64,000 nucleotides of DNA. Origin: Mycobacterium sp. Lineage in GTDB: Bacteria > Actinomycetota > Actinomycetes > Mycobacteriales > Mycobacteriaceae. A model generated the notes under the pieces. That model saw only the letters and a program-made list of their open reading frames with translations, was not told the DNA's origin and did not search any database. Position 1 is the first letter of the stretch. Each line of letters opens with the position of its first letter. The stretch is taken from the NCBI GenBank assembly GCA_018883075.1, contig VEQU01000002.1, forward strand, positions 8,911 through 72,910, in the 5' to 3' direction. This document shows, one piece after another, positions 43,265 to 55,111 of the stretch. Made by a program: the position numbers and the translations under genes.

Positions 43265-44077
43265 TTGATCCCGCTGTTCTCCGATGCCATGACGCTGCGC
43301 CCGGCCGGCGCAGGCCGCTACGCGGCGGACCTCAACGAACACTGGACCATCGGGCCCAAGCTGCACGGCGGGGTCATGGTCGCGCTGTGCGCGAAGGCCG
43401 CGCGGGCGGCCTATCAGGCCGTCGACGGCGACCCGGATGCCCAGCCCGTCGCGGTGTCGGTCAACTTCCTGTCCGCCCCCGATCCCGGACCGGTGCGCCT
43501 GGACACCCTCGTGCGCAAGCGGGGCCGCCGGATCGGGCTGGCCGACGTCGAGTTGGTCCAGGGCGAGCGGGCATGCGTGCATGCGGTGGTCACCCTCGGT
43601 ACGCCCGAACACGATGCCGCGCCTTTGATGTCGAGCCGTGTGGTGACCGATCTGATGACCCCCGCGCCGCCCGCCGACGTTCCGCCGATCGGCCAGGGTC
43701 ATCCCGCCGCGGAGATCAACCATCTGGCGCGCGGCTGCGATATCCATCCGCAGATCACTGAGACCCTCGCCGACGGTGAGGCGCCGGTCTTCAGGATCTG
43801 GGCGCGGCCCAAGGCGGAACCGGTCGACGAGCTCTTCGCGCTGATGTGCGGCGACATCTCGCTTCCGGTGTCCTATGCGGCGGGCCGGCGCGGGTGGGCG
43901 CCCACGGTCCAGCTGACGGCGTATCTGCGTGGGCTGCCCGCCGACGGCTGGCTGCGGGTGCTGTGCACCGCGACCGAGATCGGGCAGGACTGGTTCGACG
44001 AGGACCACACCGTGGTCGACAGCGCCGGGCGGATCGTCGTACAAACCCGGCAACTGGCATTGGTGCCCAGTCTGTAG
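43265..44077 (+). CDS. Thioesterase family protein (Rv0499-like)
   Basis: WTIGPKLHGG, WAPTVQLT double hotdog fold. Confidence 0.88.
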   Translation: MIPLFSDAMTLRPAGAGRYAADLNEHWTIGPKLHGGVMVALCAKAARAAYQAVDGDPDAQPVAVSVNFLSAPDPGPVRLDTLVRKRGRRIGLADVELVQGERACVHAVVTLGTPEHDAAPLMSSRVVTDLMTPAPPADVPPIGQGHPAAEINHLARGCDIHPQITETLADGEAPVFRIWARPKAEPVDELFALMCGDISLPVSYAAGRRGWAPTVQLTAYLRGLPADGWLRVLCTATEIGQDWFDEDHTVVDSAGRIVVQTRQLALVPSL

Positions 44078-44088
44078 GGTTCGCTGTC

Positions 44089-44958
44089 ATGGCCAGAATC
44101 GCGATCGTCGGCGGCGGCAACATGGGTGAGGCGTTGCTGGGCGGCCTGCTCAGGGCCGGACGGCAGGTCAAGGATCTCGCGGTCGCCGAGAAGGCCCCCG
44201 AGCGCGCGGAGTACCTCTCGAAGACGTATTCGGTGCGGGTGACCGACGTCGGCGCGGCGGTGGAGAACGCCTCGTTCGTAATCCTCGCGGTCAAGCCCGC
44301 AGACGTGGAGTCGGTGGTTGCCGAGATCGCCGATGCGGCGACGCAGGCCGAGGGCAACGCCGTCGAGCAGGTCCTGGTCAGCGTCATCGCCGGTGTGGGC
44401 ACCGCTTTCTACGAGTCACGGCTTCCGGCCGGCTTCCCGGTGATCCGGGTGATGCCCAACGCGCCGGCCCTGGTGGGGGCGGGTGTCAGCGCGCTGGCCG
44501 CCGGTCGGTTCGCCACCGATGCCCAGATGGGCCAGGCCGCCGAGCTGTTCCAGAGTGTGGGCGGGGTGCTGCAGGTGCCCGAATCCCAGCTCGACGCCGT
44601 CACCGCGGTGTCCGGGTCGGGCCCGGCGTACTTCTTCCTCTTCGCCGAAGCGCTCGTCGATGCCGGCGTGGCCGCCGGTCTCAGCCGCCAGGTGGCCACC
44701 GAACTGGTGTCACAGACGATGGCCGGCTCGGCCGCGATGCTGTTGGAGCGTCTCGACGCCCAACAGCTCCCGGCGGGCTCCGCCGTCGGCCGGCCGGACA
44801 CCAGCGCCGCCGAGCTGCGGGCGATCGTCACCTCGCCCGGTGGCACTACGGCCGCTGGCCTGCGCGAACTGGAGGCCGCCGGTGTGCGTGCCGCCGTCGC
44901 CTCGGCGGTGGACGCGGCAAAAACCCGCTCTGAGCAGCTCGGAATTACATCAGAGTAA
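44089..44958 (+). CDS. proC: Pyrroline-5-carboxylate reductase
   Basis: GGGNMG, RVMPN, SGSGPAY, VTSPGGTT. Confidence 0.97.
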   Translation: MARIAIVGGGNMGEALLGGLLRAGRQVKDLAVAEKAPERAEYLSKTYSVRVTDVGAAVENASFVILAVKPADVESVVAEIADAATQAEGNAVEQVLVSVIAGVGTAFYESRLPAGFPVIRVMPNAPALVGAGVSALAAGRFATDAQMGQAAELFQSVGGVLQVPESQLDAVTAVSGSGPAYFFLFAEALVDAGVAAGLSRQVATELVSQTMAGSAAMLLERLDAQQLPAGSAVGRPDTSAAELRAIVTSPGGTTAAGLRELEAAGVRAAVASAVDAAKTRSEQLGITSE

Positions 44959-45097
44959 TTAGCCGAATTTGCGACGGATTACCAAACACCCGTCGCAACA
45001 ACCCCATCCGCCACGCTATTCTCCTCGGGAAAGCACGGGTGGGTGCCAGCGGTGGGGAAGCCGCTGGAACTGCCCGTGCCTGACGGAATGGGTTGTG

Positions 45098-45355
45098 ATG
45101 ACGTCTATGAACGGGCGGGACTCCGCCGGCGGGAAGTCGGCGCGCGACGCCGCTGGCAGCGACGCCCAGCCGGTTCCGCGCACTCAGTTCCTCACCGTCG
45201 CCGAGGTGGCCGCCCTGATGCGGGTGTCCAAGATGACGGTGTACCGGCTCGTGCACAACGGTGAGTTGCCTGCTGTCCGGGTGGGCCGGTCATTCCGCGT
45301 TCATGCCAAAGCCGTTCACGACCTGCTTGAGACGTCATACTTCGACGCCGGTTAA
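45098..45355 (+). CDS. Excisionase-like HTH DNA-binding protein (Rv0500A-like)
   Basis: FLTVAEVAALMRVSKMTVYRLVHNGELPAVRVGRSFRV. Confidence 0.92.
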   Translation: MTSMNGRDSAGGKSARDAAGSDAQPVPRTQFLTVAEVAALMRVSKMTVYRLVHNGELPAVRVGRSFRVHAKAVHDLLETSYFDAG

Positions 45356-45421
45356 CGTTCGCCGCCCGCGCTTGGGTAAGGTAGCCCGGTCATATGTTGC
45401 GGTGGACTAGATAGCGGAGTC

Positions 45422-45523
45422 ATGGGTTCAGTCATCAAGAAGCGGCGTAAGCGGATGTCGAAGAAGAAGCACCGCAAACTGCTGCGCCGTACCCGCGTTC
45501 AGCGCAGAAAACTCGGTAAGTAG
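45422..45523 (+). CDS. 30S ribosomal protein bS22 (Rv0500B-like)
   Basis: My translation [33 protein letters not shown] (33 aa, below ORF-track cutoff); GCGGAG RBS. Confidence 0.96.
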
Positions 45524-45590
45524 CGCCGTTCGGCGCGATCGTCGCTCCGTCTCTGCTGCCGCGCGACTCTCCTGAGGTGCCGTTAGGCTT

Positions 45591-46670
45591 GTGCGCATGC
45601 AGTCCGGCGGCCCCGGCGGTGATGCGCCGCACGTTCCGAAGGTCGTGCTGGTCACCGGCGCCTGCCGTTTCCTCGGCGGATACCTCACTGCGCGGCTGGT
45701 GCAGAACCCGCAAATCAGCACGGTGATCGCCGTCGACGCGATCGCCCCCAGCAAGGATCTCCAGCGCCGGATGGGGCGTGCGGAGTTCGTTCGCGCCGAC
45801 ATCCGCAACCCGTTCATCGCCAAGGTGATCCGTAACAGCGACGTGGACACCGTGGTGCACGCCGCGGCCGCGTCCTACGCCCCGCGTTCGGGTGGCGGAG
45901 CCACGCTCAAGGAACTCAACGTCATGGGCGCGATGCAGCTGTTCGCCGCATGTCAGAAGGCGCCCTCGGTGCGCCGGGTGATCCTGAAGTCCACCTCTGA
46001 GGTCTACGGTTCGCACCCCCACGACCCGGTGATGCACACCGAGGACAGCAGCAGCCGCCGCCCACCCGGCGAAGGATTCGCCCGCGACAGCATCGACATC
46101 GAGTCCTATGCTCGCGGGCTGGGGCGGCGACGGCCCGATATCGCGGTGACGATCCTGAGGCTGGCCAACATGATCGGCCCGGCGATGGACACCACGCTGG
46201 CGCGCTACCTGTCCGGTCCCGTGGTCCCCACGGTGATGGGCCACGACGCCCGGCTGCAGTTGCTGCACGAACAAGACGCGCTCGGTGCGCTCGAGCGGGC
46301 CACCATGGCCGGCCGGGCCGGCACCTTCAACATCGGCGCTGACGGGATCATCATGATGTCGCAGGCGATCCGGCGGGCCGGCCGGCTGCCGATGCCGGTG
46401 CCGACCTTCGGGGTCCGGATGGCCGACTCGCTGCGCAAGGCCACCACCAACAGCGAGATCAACCAGGAGCAGCTGGCCTACCTGAGCTACGGCAGGGTGA
46501 TGGACACCACCCGGATGCGCACGGAATTGGGTTTCGAGCCGAAGTGGACGACGATGGAGGCGTTCGATGACTTCGTCAAGGGCCGCGGCCTGGCACCGAT
46601 CATCGACCCGGACTGGGTACGCTCGGTGGAACACCGTGCCGTGGCGCTTGCCCAGCGGTGGGGACGATGA
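45591..46670 (+). CDS. NAD-dependent epimerase/dehydratase (GalE2/Rv0501-like)
   Basis: VLVTGACRFLGG, RADIRNP, KSTSEVYG. Confidence 0.9.
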   Translation: MRMQSGGPGGDAPHVPKVVLVTGACRFLGGYLTARLVQNPQISTVIAVDAIAPSKDLQRRMGRAEFVRADIRNPFIAKVIRNSDVDTVVHAAAASYAPRSGGGATLKELNVMGAMQLFAACQKAPSVRRVILKSTSEVYGSHPHDPVMHTEDSSSRRPPGEGFARDSIDIESYARGLGRRRPDIAVTILRLANMIGPAMDTTLARYLSGPVVPTVMGHDARLQLLHEQDALGALERATMAGRAGTFNIGADGIIMMSQAIRRAGRLPMPVPTFGVRMADSLRKATTNSEINQEQLAYLSYGRVMDTTRMRTELGFEPKWTTMEAFDDFVKGRGLAPIIDPDWVRSVEHRAVALAQRWGR

Positions 46671-46703
46671 CCGGGGCAGGGCGGGAAAAGGGGAGGTGTA
46701 GAT

Positions 46704-47753
46704 ATGGCTGAGAAGGCGAAAGTTATTCCGCTGCATAAGAATTCGTCTGCGGCACCGTCCAGCTCGGCCCGCTCCGCCACCCGCCGCGCCAAGGCCGACG
46801 CGGCCACCAGGCGCCGTCGCGCCACCGGCCCGGCGACCGGCACCGCGGAGGAGATCGAGGCCGTCATCCGCGAGTTCGAGTCGCATCGGACGGCCGCCGA
46901 GCCCGCACTGGGCGATCTGGCAGCGCGGATCGCCGGGGCTGCCGACTTCCTACGCCGGCGTCTCGCCGGCGACTACACCGTCGACGAGTTCGGATTCGAC
47001 CCGCAGTACAACGACGCCGTGGTGATGCCGGTCCTGCGGTTCTTCTTCGACAAGTGGTTCCGCGTCGAGGTCAGCGGGATCGAGAACATCCCCGACGAGG
47101 GCGCGGCGCTGATCGTCGCCAATCATGCCGGGACCCTGCCGTTCGACGGTCCGATGCTGTCGGTCGCCGTGCACGACCACCACCGGCGCCGCCGCGACGT
47201 GCGACTCCTGGCCGCGGACATGGTGTTCGACATGCCCCTGATCGGCCCGATGGCACGGCGGGCCGGCCACACGCTGGCCTGCAACACAGACGCCAACCGG
47301 CTGCTGGCCGGCGGCGAACTCACCGCGGTGTTCCCGGAGGGCTACAAGGGTCTGGGCAAGAACTTCCGCGACCGCTACAAGTTGCAGCGGTTCGGCCGCG
47401 GCGGCTTCGTCTCGGCCGCGCTGCGTAACAAGTCGCCGATCATCCCGTGCTCGATCGTCGGCTCCGAGGAGATCTACCCGATGCTGGCCGACGTCAAGCT
47501 GCTCGCGCGGGTGCTCGGAATCCCCTATTTCCCGATCACGCCGCTGTTCCCGCTCGCCGGGCCGCTGGGTCTGGTGCCGTTGCCGTCCAAGTGGCACATC
47601 GCCTTCGGGACGCCTATCGACACCACCGGCTACGACGACGGCGCCGCCGACGATCCGATGATCACCTTCGAGGTCACCGATCAGGTCCGCGAGACCATCC
47701 AGCAGACGTTGTTCGGCCTGCTCTCGGCGCGGCGCAACGCGTTCTGGGACTAG
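46704..47753 (+). CDS. Lysophospholipid acyltransferase family (Rv0502-like)
   Basis: [16 protein letters not shown] PlsC motifs. Confidence 0.92.
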   Translation: MAEKAKVIPLHKNSSAAPSSSARSATRRAKADAATRRRRATGPATGTAEEIEAVIREFESHRTAAEPALGDLAARIAGAADFLRRRLAGDYTVDEFGFDPQYNDAVVMPVLRFFFDKWFRVEVSGIENIPDEGAALIVANHAGTLPFDGPMLSVAVHDHHRRRRDVRLLAADMVFDMPLIGPMARRAGHTLACNTDANRLLAGGELTAVFPEGYKGLGKNFRDRYKLQRFGRGGFVSAALRNKSPIIPCSIVGSEEIYPMLADVKLLARVLGIPYFPITPLFPLAGPLGLVPLPSKWHIAFGTPIDTTGYDDGAADDPMITFEVTDQVRETIQQTLFGLLSARRNAFWD

Positions 47754-48256
47754 TTCTTCCGGCCGAGCGCGGCGGCCGCGATCGCGGCGATCTGGGCGTT
47801 GTCCTCCTCGGCGCCGCCCGACTCGCCGAACATGGTCACCATGGTCGTCACCACCGGCTTACCGTCCTCGTCGGTGATCTCGGTGCGCAGCGTGCTGATC
47901 ACCGCGCCGAACGACTCCACCACCGATTCCAGCCACGAGTCGAAGTACAGCTTGTCGCCGGCGAAGATCGGCCGGTGGAAGGTGATCTTCTGGTCGCGGT
48001 GGATCACCCGGGCGATGTTGATGCCGACATCGAAGTTGCGGAAGATGTCGAGCTGCACCTGCCGGCCGGGGATGGCGATGAAGGTGAGCGGCGCCACGAC
48101 ATTCGGGTAACCGGCGGCCCTGGCGGCCTCCTCGCTGAAGTGCAGGGGATCGTCGGATTGGATGGCGTTCGCGTACTCGCGGATCTTCTCCCGCCCCACC
48201 AGGTAGTAGTCCGGGTAGCGGTAGTGCGTTCCGATGATGTCGCTGGCGAAGGACAT
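47750..48256 (-). CDS. MaoC/FAS1-like dehydratase domain protein (Rv0504c-like)
   Basis: [20 protein letters not shown]...RPI. Confidence 0.88.
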   Translation of the reverse strand: MSFASDIIGTHYRYPDYYLVGREKIREYANAIQSDDPLHFSEEAARAAGYPNVVAPLTFIAIPGRQVQLDIFRNFDVGINIARVIHRDQKITFHRPIFAGDKLYFDSWLESVVESFGAVISTLRTEITDEDGKPVVTTMVTMFGESGGAEEDNAQIAAIAAAALGRKN

Positions 48257-48296
48257 CGGGTGAGCCTATCGCGGGAGGGGCCGTCGCTCGGTGGGC

Positions 48297-49190
48297 TCAG
48301 GCCTGATCGTTGCGGCGGGACGCCGCCGCGGCCAGCGCACCCCCGACGGCGCCCAGCGCTATCGCCGACGGCACGCCGATCTTGGCCGCCTTGCGCGCGG
48401 TGCGGAAATCCTTGATCTCCCAGCCCCGTTCGCGGGCCAGGTCGCGCAGTTCCGAGTCCGGATTGATGGCCACCGCGGTGCCCACCAGCGACAGCATCGG
48501 CGCGTCATTGATGCTGTCGGAGTAGGCGGAACAGCGTTTGAGGTTGAGGCCCTCGCGGACGGCCAGCGAGCGCACCGCGTGTGCCTTGCCCAGCCCGTGC
48601 AGGATGTCACCCACCAGTCGGCCGGTGAACACCCCGTCCACCGACTCCGCGACGGTGCCCAGCGCCCCGGTCAGCCCGAGCCGCCGGGCGATGATCTCGG
48701 CCAGGTCGTAGGGCGTCGCCGTGACCAGCCACACCTGCTGGCCGGCGTCGAGGTGGGCCTGCGCCAGTTCCCGGGTGCCCGGCCAGATCTTGGCGGCGAT
48801 GATCTCGTCGTAGATCTCCTCGCAGAGTGCGGTCAGTTCGGTGGTCGACCGGCCCTCGATGAAGGCGAGCGCTTTGCGACGGCCCTCGGCGACGTCGTCG
48901 CTGTTCTCCCGGCCGGTCAGCTGGAACTTGGCCTGGGCGTACATGAACTTCCACACGTCGGAGTACTGGAAGTACTTGCGGGCGGCCAGTCCGCGGCCGA
49001 AGTGCACCAGCGAGGAACCCTGCACGAGTGTGTTGTCGACGTCGAAGAACGCGGCGGCGGTCAGATCCGACGGAACACCGGCGGATGCGACCGGTTCGGC
49101 GCCGAGCCCCTGGACCGCCCGCGCGGCGCTGGCGTCACCTGCCCGGGCCTGGTGTTCGTCCTCCCCCGACGTCATGGCACTGGACACCAT
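48297..49190 (-). CDS. HAD-IB hydrolase (SerB1/Rv0505c-like)
   Basis: [21 protein letters not shown]. Confidence 0.92.
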   Translation of the reverse strand: MVSSAMTSGEDEHQARAGDASAARAVQGLGAEPVASAGVPSDLTAAAFFDVDNTLVQGSSLVHFGRGLAARKYFQYSDVWKFMYAQAKFQLTGRENSDDVAEGRRKALAFIEGRSTTELTALCEEIYDEIIAAKIWPGTRELAQAHLDAGQQVWLVTATPYDLAEIIARRLGLTGALGTVAESVDGVFTGRLVGDILHGLGKAHAVRSLAVREGLNLKRCSAYSDSINDAPMLSLVGTAVAINPDSELRDLARERGWEIKDFRTARKAAKIGVPSAIALGAVGGALAAAASRRNDQA

Positions 49191-49227
49191 GAGTTCAGCC
49201 TATCGGCAGATGGCAGACTCCCTGGGG

Positions 49228-49515
49228 ATGAGCCGGGGCGAACACCAGGCCGGTCGCTGCAGACCGCACGTCGAGCTGCTGACCCGCGACGGCTGCGGTC
49301 TGTGCGTCCGGGTGGCCGGGCGGCTGGCCGAACTGGCCGTTGAGCTGGGATTCGAGCTGTCCACCATCGACGTCGACGCGGCCGCGGCCGCCGGGGACAC
49401 CGCGCTGCGTGCCGAATTCGGTGACCGGCTGCCGGTGGTGCTGCTCGACGGCCGTGAGCACAGCTACTGGGACCTCGATGAGCCGCGGTTGCGGGCCGAC
49501 ATCACGAACCGGTGA
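49228..49515 (+). CDS. Glutaredoxin-like protein (Rv0508-like)
   Basis: LLTRDGCGLC CxxC, GDRLPVVLLDG. Confidence 0.88.
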   Translation: MSRGEHQAGRCRPHVELLTRDGCGLCVRVAGRLAELAVELGFELSTIDVDAAAAAGDTALRAEFGDRLPVVLLDGREHSYWDLDEPRLRADITNR

Positions 49516-49628
49516 AGTGCGCGCTGTGATTTGGTGGCCTCGCTGCGAACCGCCTACCGTGGCGAGTAGGTTTCTCTTTCTGAACTCCCTTCACACCCGA
49601 AGCAAGGAGCGGGCCAGGTGATCGTGCT

Positions 49629-51014
49629 GTGAGCGTCCTGTTGTTCGGGGTTTCTCACCGCAGTGCACCCGTGTCGGTTCTCGAGCAGCTGAGCACCGAC
49701 GAGTCCGACCAGCTCAAAGTGGTCCAGGAGTTGCTGCAGTCGCCGCTGGTGACCGAGGCCATGATCCTGTCGACCTGCAACCGGGTGGAGGTCTATGCGG
49801 TGGTCGATGCCTTCCACGGCGGACTCACCGCCATCGGGCAGGTGCTCGCCGAGCATTCCGGACTGTCGATCGGTGACCTCACCAAGCACGCCTATGTGCG
49901 CTACAGCGAGGCCGCCGTCGAGCACCTCTTCGCCGTGGCCAGTGGCCTGGACAGCGCCGTGGTGGGCGAGCAGCAGGTGCTCGGCCAGGTGCGACGCGCC
50001 TATGCCAGCGCTGAGGCCAACCGGACCGTCGGGCGGATCCTGCACGACCTGGCGCAGCGGGCGCTGGCCGTCGGCAAGCGGGTGCACACCGAGACCTCCA
50101 TCGACGCCGCGGGCGCCAGCGTGGTGTCGGTGGCCCTGCATGTGGCGGCCGAGCAGCTCTATCGGCCCGAGATGGGTCCGTCCTACACCGCGCTGGCCGG
50201 TCGCACGGCCACCGTGATCGGGGCCGGGTCGATGGGCGCCCTGACCGCGGCGCATCTGGTCCGCGCCGGCGTCACCCGGGTCAACATCGTCAATCGTTCG
50301 CTGCCGCGGGCCCGGCGGCTGGCCGACAGCATCGCCGAGCAGGGGGCGGGCGCGCAGGCTATGACCCTCGATCGGCTGGCGAGCGCGCTGGCGGAATCCG
50401 ACCTGGTGGTCAGCTGCACCGGCGCGGTCCGCCCGGTGGTCTCGCTGGCCGACGTCCACCACGCGCTGGCCGCCTCCCGTCGCGACGAGGCCGGTGAGCC
50501 GCTGGTCTTCTGCGACCTCGGCATGCCCCGCGATGTCGATCCGGCTGTGGCCGGGCTGCCAGGCGTCTCGGTGGTGGACATGGAACGGGTGCAGCGCGAA
50601 CCGTCGGCCCGGGCCGCTGCCGCCGACGCCGCCGCCGCGCGCCGCATCGTCGCCGACGAGGTCGCCTCCTATCTGGCCGGCCAGCGTATGGCCGAGGTCA
50701 CCCCGACGGTCACCGCCCTGCGCCAGCGCGCCGCCGAGGTGGTGGAGGCCGAACTGCTGCGGCTGGACAACCGGCTGCCCGGACTCGCCGACGACCAGCG
50801 TGATGAGGTGGCCAGGGCGGTGCGCCGTGTGGTCGACAAACTCCTGCACGCTCCGACCGTGCGGGTCAAGCAGCTGGCCGGCGCCCCCGGGGGAGACAGC
50901 TATGCCGAGGCGCTGCGAGAACTCTTCGAACTCGACCCGCAGGCCGTCGATGCCGTCGCGGGCGGCGAGATCGCACTGCCGGCACCGCATTCCGACTCCG
51001 ACGTCACCGAGTAG
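49629..51014 (+). CDS. hemA: Glutamyl-tRNA reductase
   Basis: [35 protein letters not shown]. Confidence 0.97.
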   Translation: MSVLLFGVSHRSAPVSVLEQLSTDESDQLKVVQELLQSPLVTEAMILSTCNRVEVYAVVDAFHGGLTAIGQVLAEHSGLSIGDLTKHAYVRYSEAAVEHLFAVASGLDSAVVGEQQVLGQVRRAYASAEANRTVGRILHDLAQRALAVGKRVHTETSIDAAGASVVSVALHVAAEQLYRPEMGPSYTALAGRTATVIGAGSMGALTAAHLVRAGVTRVNIVNRSLPRARRLADSIAEQGAGAQAMTLDRLASALAESDLVVSCTGAVRPVVSLADVHHALAASRRDEAGEPLVFCDLGMPRDVDPAVAGLPGVSVVDMERVQREPSARAAAADAAAARRIVADEVASYLAGQRMAEVTPTVTALRQRAAEVVEAELLRLDNRLPGLADDQRDEVARAVRRVVDKLLHAPTVRVKQLAGAPGGDSYAEALRELFELDPQAVDAVAGGEIALPAPHSDSDVTE

Positions 51015-51070
51015 GCTCCCTTGTCGGGCAGCGGCGACGACTCGGCGCCCCGGCCGGGAAGGGCGATTCG

Positions 51071-51991
51071 GTGATCCGGATCGGCACCCGGGGCAGCCTG
51101 CTCGCCACCACGCAGGCCGGTGTGATTCGCGACGACCTCATCGCGAGAGGCCACGCGGCCGAACTGGTGATCATCTCCACCGACGGGGACCGGTCGCAGG
51201 CCCCGATCGCCGAGATCGGGGTGGGCGTGTTCACCGCCGCTCTGCGCGAGGCCATCGCATCTCGTGCCGTGGACATGGCCGTGCACTCCTACAAGGATCT
51301 GCCGACCGCTCCCGACGAACGGCTGGTCATCGCCGCCATCCCGCGCCGGGAGGACCCCCGCGACGCACTGGTGGCCCGTGATCACCTGGTGCTCGGCGAA
51401 CTGCCGGCCGGATCGGTGATCGGCACCTCCTCGGTCCGGCGGGCCGCGCAGCTTAGAGCACTGGGTCTCGGTTTGGAAATCCGGCCCCTGCGAGGCAACC
51501 TTGACACCAGGTTGAACAGGGTAAGCAGCGGTGATCTCGACGCCATCGTGGTAGCCCGGGCGGGCTTGGCCCGCCTGGGACGTCTCGACGATGTCAGCGA
51601 GACCCTCGAGCCGGTGCAGATGTTGCCGGCGCCGGCTCAGGGCGCTCTCGCGGTGGAATGCCGCGCGGGCGACACGAGGCTCGCGGCGCTGTTGGGGCCG
51701 TTGGACGACCCCGACACCCGCGCCGCGGTCACCGCCGAGCGCGCCCTGCTCGCCGACTTGGAGGCCGGCTGTTCGGCACCGGTGGGCGCCATCGCAGAGG
51801 TGGTCGAGTCCATCGACGACGACGGCAACGTCTTCGAGGAGCTGTCGCTGCGCGCCTGCGTGGCGGCGGTGGACGGATCCGACGTGATCCGTGCGTCCGG
51901 CATCGGGACTCCCGGCCGGCCCGCCGAGCTCGGGCTCGCGGTCGCCGCGGAGTTGTTCGATCTCGGTGCGCGCGAGGTCATGTCGCGGTAG
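51071..51991 (+). CDS. hemC: Hydroxymethylbilane synthase (porphobilinogen deaminase)
   Basis: [39 protein letters not shown]. Confidence 0.97.
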   Translation: MIRIGTRGSLLATTQAGVIRDDLIARGHAAELVIISTDGDRSQAPIAEIGVGVFTAALREAIASRAVDMAVHSYKDLPTAPDERLVIAAIPRREDPRDALVARDHLVLGELPAGSVIGTSSVRRAAQLRALGLGLEIRPLRGNLDTRLNRVSSGDLDAIVVARAGLARLGRLDDVSETLEPVQMLPAPAQGALAVECRAGDTRLAALLGPLDDPDTRAAVTAERALLADLEAGCSAPVGAIAEVVESIDDDGNVFEELSLRACVAAVDGSDVIRASGIGTPGRPAELGLAVAAELFDLGAREVMSR

Positions 51992-52002
51992 AGGAGGCGA
52001 TC

Positions 52003-53646
52003 ATGAGTGGTCACCCGAGGGGGCGCAAGCCGAAGCCGGGGCGCATCACGTTCGTCGGCTCGGGTCCGGGCGACCCCGGCCTGCTGACGACGCGCGCGCG
52101 CACGGTGCTGTCCAACGCCGCGTTGGTGTTCACCGACCCGGACGTCGGCGAGTCGGTGCTCACGCTCGTCGGCTCCGAACTGCCCCCGGCCGTGGGCCCC
52201 GCCCCGGAGGGGGCGCCGGCACCTGGAAACGACCAGACCGCCCCGCCGGTGGTCTCGGTGGGCCCGGACATCCGGCCCGCCTTGGGGGAACCCACCGATG
52301 TGGCCAAGACGCTGATCGCTGAGGCGAAGGGCGGTGCGGACGTCGTGCGCCTGGTCGCCGGTGATCCGCTGTCGCTGGATTCGGTGACCACCGAGGTGCT
52401 GGCGGTCTCCAAATCGCACCTCACCTTCGAGATCGTCCCCGGTCTGCCGGCCACCGTGGCGGTGCCCACCTACGCGGGACTGCCGCTGGGTTCCACCCAC
52501 ACCGTCGCCGACGTGCGCGGCAAGGTGGACTGGGAGGCGCTGGCCGCCGCCCCGGGACCGCTGGTGCTCACCGCCGCCGCCTCCCATCTGGCCCAGGCCG
52601 CGCGCACGCTGATGGAGTACGGACTGGCCGAGAACACCCCGTGCGTGGTGACCGCGCAGGGCACCACGTGCTCGCAGCGCTCTGTGGAGTCGACGCTGGC
52701 CGGGCTGACCGACCGCTCGACGCTCACCGGCGACCCGGCCGGGCCCCTGGCGGGGCCACTGGTGGTCACCGTCGGCCGGGCGGTGAGCGCCCGGTCCAAG
52801 CTCAACTGGTGGGAGAGCCGGGCCCTGTACGGCTGGACCGTGCTGGTGCCGCGCACCAAGGAGCAGGCCGGGGAGATGAGCGAGCGCCTGATCGCCCACG
52901 GCGCGCTGCCCATCGAGGTGCCGACCATCGCCGTCGAGCCGCCCCGAAGCCCCGCCCAGATGGAGCGCGCGGTCAAGGGTCTGGTCGACGGCCGCTATCA
53001 GTGGGTGGTGTTCACCTCCACCAACGCGGTGCGCGCGGTCTGGGAGAAGTTCGCCGAATTCGGTCTGGACGCCCGCGCGTTCTCCGGGGTCAAGATCGCC
53101 TGCGTCGGCGAGTCCACCGCCGACCGGGTGCGCGCCTTCGGGATCAGTCCCGAACTGGTGCCCTCCGGTGAGCAGTCGTCACTCGGCCTGCTCGATGAGT
53201 TCCCCGACTACGACAGCGTCTTCGATCCGGTCAACCGGGTGCTGCTGCCGCGCGCAGACATCGCCACCGAGACCCTCGCCGAGGGCCTTCGCGAACGCGG
53301 CTGGGAGATCGAGGACGTCACCGCCTACCGCACGGTGCGTGCGGCGCCGCCGGCCGCCGAGACCCGGGAGATGATCAAGTCCGGCGGTTTCGACGCGGTC
53401 TGCTTCACCTCGTCCTCGACGGTGCGCAATCTGGTCGGCATCGCCGGCAAGCCGCACACCCGAACCCTCGTCGCGTGCATCGGACCGAAGACCGCCGAGA
53501 CGGCGGCCGAATTCGGTCTGCGGGTGGACGTGCAGCCGGAGACCGCGGCCGTCGGGCCGCTGGTCGATGCGCTCGCCGAGCATGCCGCGCGGCTGCGCGC
53601 CGAGGGCGCTCTGCCGCCGCCGCGCAAGAAGAGCCGCCGCCGGTAA
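52003..53646 (+). CDS. hemD: Bifunctional uroporphyrinogen-III C-methyltransferase/synthase
   Basis: VGSGPGDPGLLT methyltransferase-like N-domain; FTSTNAV and FTSSSTV HemD domain. Confidence 0.93.
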   Translation: MSGHPRGRKPKPGRITFVGSGPGDPGLLTTRARTVLSNAALVFTDPDVGESVLTLVGSELPPAVGPAPEGAPAPGNDQTAPPVVSVGPDIRPALGEPTDVAKTLIAEAKGGADVVRLVAGDPLSLDSVTTEVLAVSKSHLTFEIVPGLPATVAVPTYAGLPLGSTHTVADVRGKVDWEALAAAPGPLVLTAAASHLAQAARTLMEYGLAENTPCVVTAQGTTCSQRSVESTLAGLTDRSTLTGDPAGPLAGPLVVTVGRAVSARSKLNWWESRALYGWTVLVPRTKEQAGEMSERLIAHGALPIEVPTIAVEPPRSPAQMERAVKGLVDGRYQWVVFTSTNAVRAVWEKFAEFGLDARAFSGVKIACVGESTADRVRAFGISPELVPSGEQSSLGLLDEFPDYDSVFDPVNRVLLPRADIATETLAEGLRERGWEIEDVTAYRTVRAAPPAAETREMIKSGGFDAVCFTSSSTVRNLVGIAGKPHTRTLVACIGPKTAETAAEFGLRVDVQPETAAVGPLVDALAEHAARLRAEGALPPPRKKSRRR

Positions 53647-53652
53647 CGGCCG

Positions 53653-54630
53653 ATGTTTCCGCGGCAGAGGCCCCGTCGGCTGCGCTCCACAGCGGCACTG
53701 CGCCGTTTGGTGGCCGAGACGTGCCTGGAGTCTCGGCATCTGGTGCTGCCGATGTTCGTCGCTGACGGCATCGACGAACCCCGCCCGATCGAGTCGATGC
53801 CCGGCGTCGTCCAGCACACCCGCGACTCGCTGCGCCGCGCGGCAGCCGAGGCCGCCGACGCCGGCGTCGGGGGACTGATGCTCTTCGGCGTGCCGCGCGA
53901 ATCGGACAAGGACGCGATCGGTTCGGCCGGTGTGTGTTCTGACGGCATCCTCAACGTGGCGCTGCGCGAACTGAGCAAGGACCTCGGCGATGCCACCGTA
54001 CTGATGGCCGACACCTGCCTGGACGAGTTCACCGATCACGGCCACTGCGGGATTCTCGATGAATGCGGCCGTGTCGACAACGACGCCACCAATGCCCAGT
54101 ACGTCAAACTCGCTGTGGCACAAGCGGAGTCGGGCGCACACATCGTCGGACCCAGCGGGATGATGGACGGACAGGTGGCCGCGATCCGTGACGGCCTGGA
54201 CGCGGCCGGATTCGCCGACGTCGCGATCCTGGCCTACGCCGCGAAGTTCGCCTCGGCGTTCTACGGGCCCTTCAGAGAGGCGGTGTCCTCCAGCCTCACC
54301 GGTGACCGCCGCACCTATCAGCAGGACAGCGGCAATGCCCGTGAGGCGCTGCGCGAGATTTCCCTCGACGTCGAGGAGGGCGCCGACATCGTCATGGTCA
54401 AACCGGCGATGGCCTACCTCGACGTCGTGGCGGCCGCCGCGGCGATCTCGCCGGTGCCGGTGGCGGCCTATCAGGTCTCCGGGGAGTACGCGATGATCAG
54501 CGCCGCGGCCGCCAACGGGTGGGTGGACGGACGGGCTGCGGCTCTGGAGTCGCTCACGAGCATCCGCCGTGCCGGAGCCGACATCGTGCTCACCTACTGG
54601 GCGGCCGACGCGGCCGGATGGCTGGACTGA
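53653..54630 (+). CDS. hemB: Porphobilinogen synthase (ALA dehydratase)
   Basis: [18 protein letters not shown] Zn site, [18 protein letters not shown]. Confidence 0.98.
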   Translation: MFPRQRPRRLRSTAALRRLVAETCLESRHLVLPMFVADGIDEPRPIESMPGVVQHTRDSLRRAAAEAADAGVGGLMLFGVPRESDKDAIGSAGVCSDGILNVALRELSKDLGDATVLMADTCLDEFTDHGHCGILDECGRVDNDATNAQYVKLAVAQAESGAHIVGPSGMMDGQVAAIRDGLDAAGFADVAILAYAAKFASAFYGPFREAVSSSLTGDRRTYQQDSGNAREALREISLDVEEGADIVMVKPAMAYLDVVAAAAAISPVPVAAYQVSGEYAMISAAAANGWVDGRAAALESLTSIRRAGADIVLTYWAADAAGWLD

Positions 54631-54631
54631 C

Positions 54632-55111
54632 ATGGGCTCGGCTGGCATGGGCTCGGCTGAAATGGATGAGTCGGACGCGCGTCCCGGCGTGGTCACCGGC
54701 GCCGTGTGGGCACTGCTGATCGGCGGTGTCCTGCTTGCGGCGGGTGGACTGATCACCGCCGGCGTGAGCTTCGACACGCTGCGTCAGGTCGCGTCGGCCT
54801 CGGTGCCCGACGAGTCGATACGCGCTTCGCTGTGGCTCTATCGCGGAGTCGGCATCCTGTTGACCGCCGCCGCCGCGGCGTTGATCTCGCTGGTGGTCCG
54901 CGCCGGCAGGCGCGAGATTCGGTTCCGTCGCGCCACCGTCGCACTGGGCCTGGCCGTCACGGTGGTCGTCGCGGTCATCTCGGCGGTGGCCGGCACCCAC
55001 ATCCTGGCGCTGCTGAGCCTGGTGCCAATCGTCATCGGCACGTGGCTGCTCAGCCGGCCGGCTGCGGTGCAGTGGTATCTGGGATCCGGTGGCACCGGGG
55101 TGGCCCAGTGA
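54632..55111 (+). CDS. Membrane protein (start 54632, 54647 or 54662)
   Basis: Four TM helices; N-terminal 15-bp duplication encoding MGSAG-MGSAE. Confidence 0.75.
   Translation: MGSAGMGSAEMDESDARPGVVTGAVWALLIGGVLLAAGGLITAGVSFDTLRQVASASVPDESIRASLWLYRGVGILLTAAAAALISLVVRAGRREIRFRRATVALGLAVTVVVAVISAVAGTHILALLSLVPIVIGTWLLSRPAAVQWYLGSGGTGVAQ

Noticed and set aside
45098-45355. Excisionase-like HTH as a mobile element marker
   Set aside because: Conserved core actinobacterial gene between proC and bS22; no integrase or att sites
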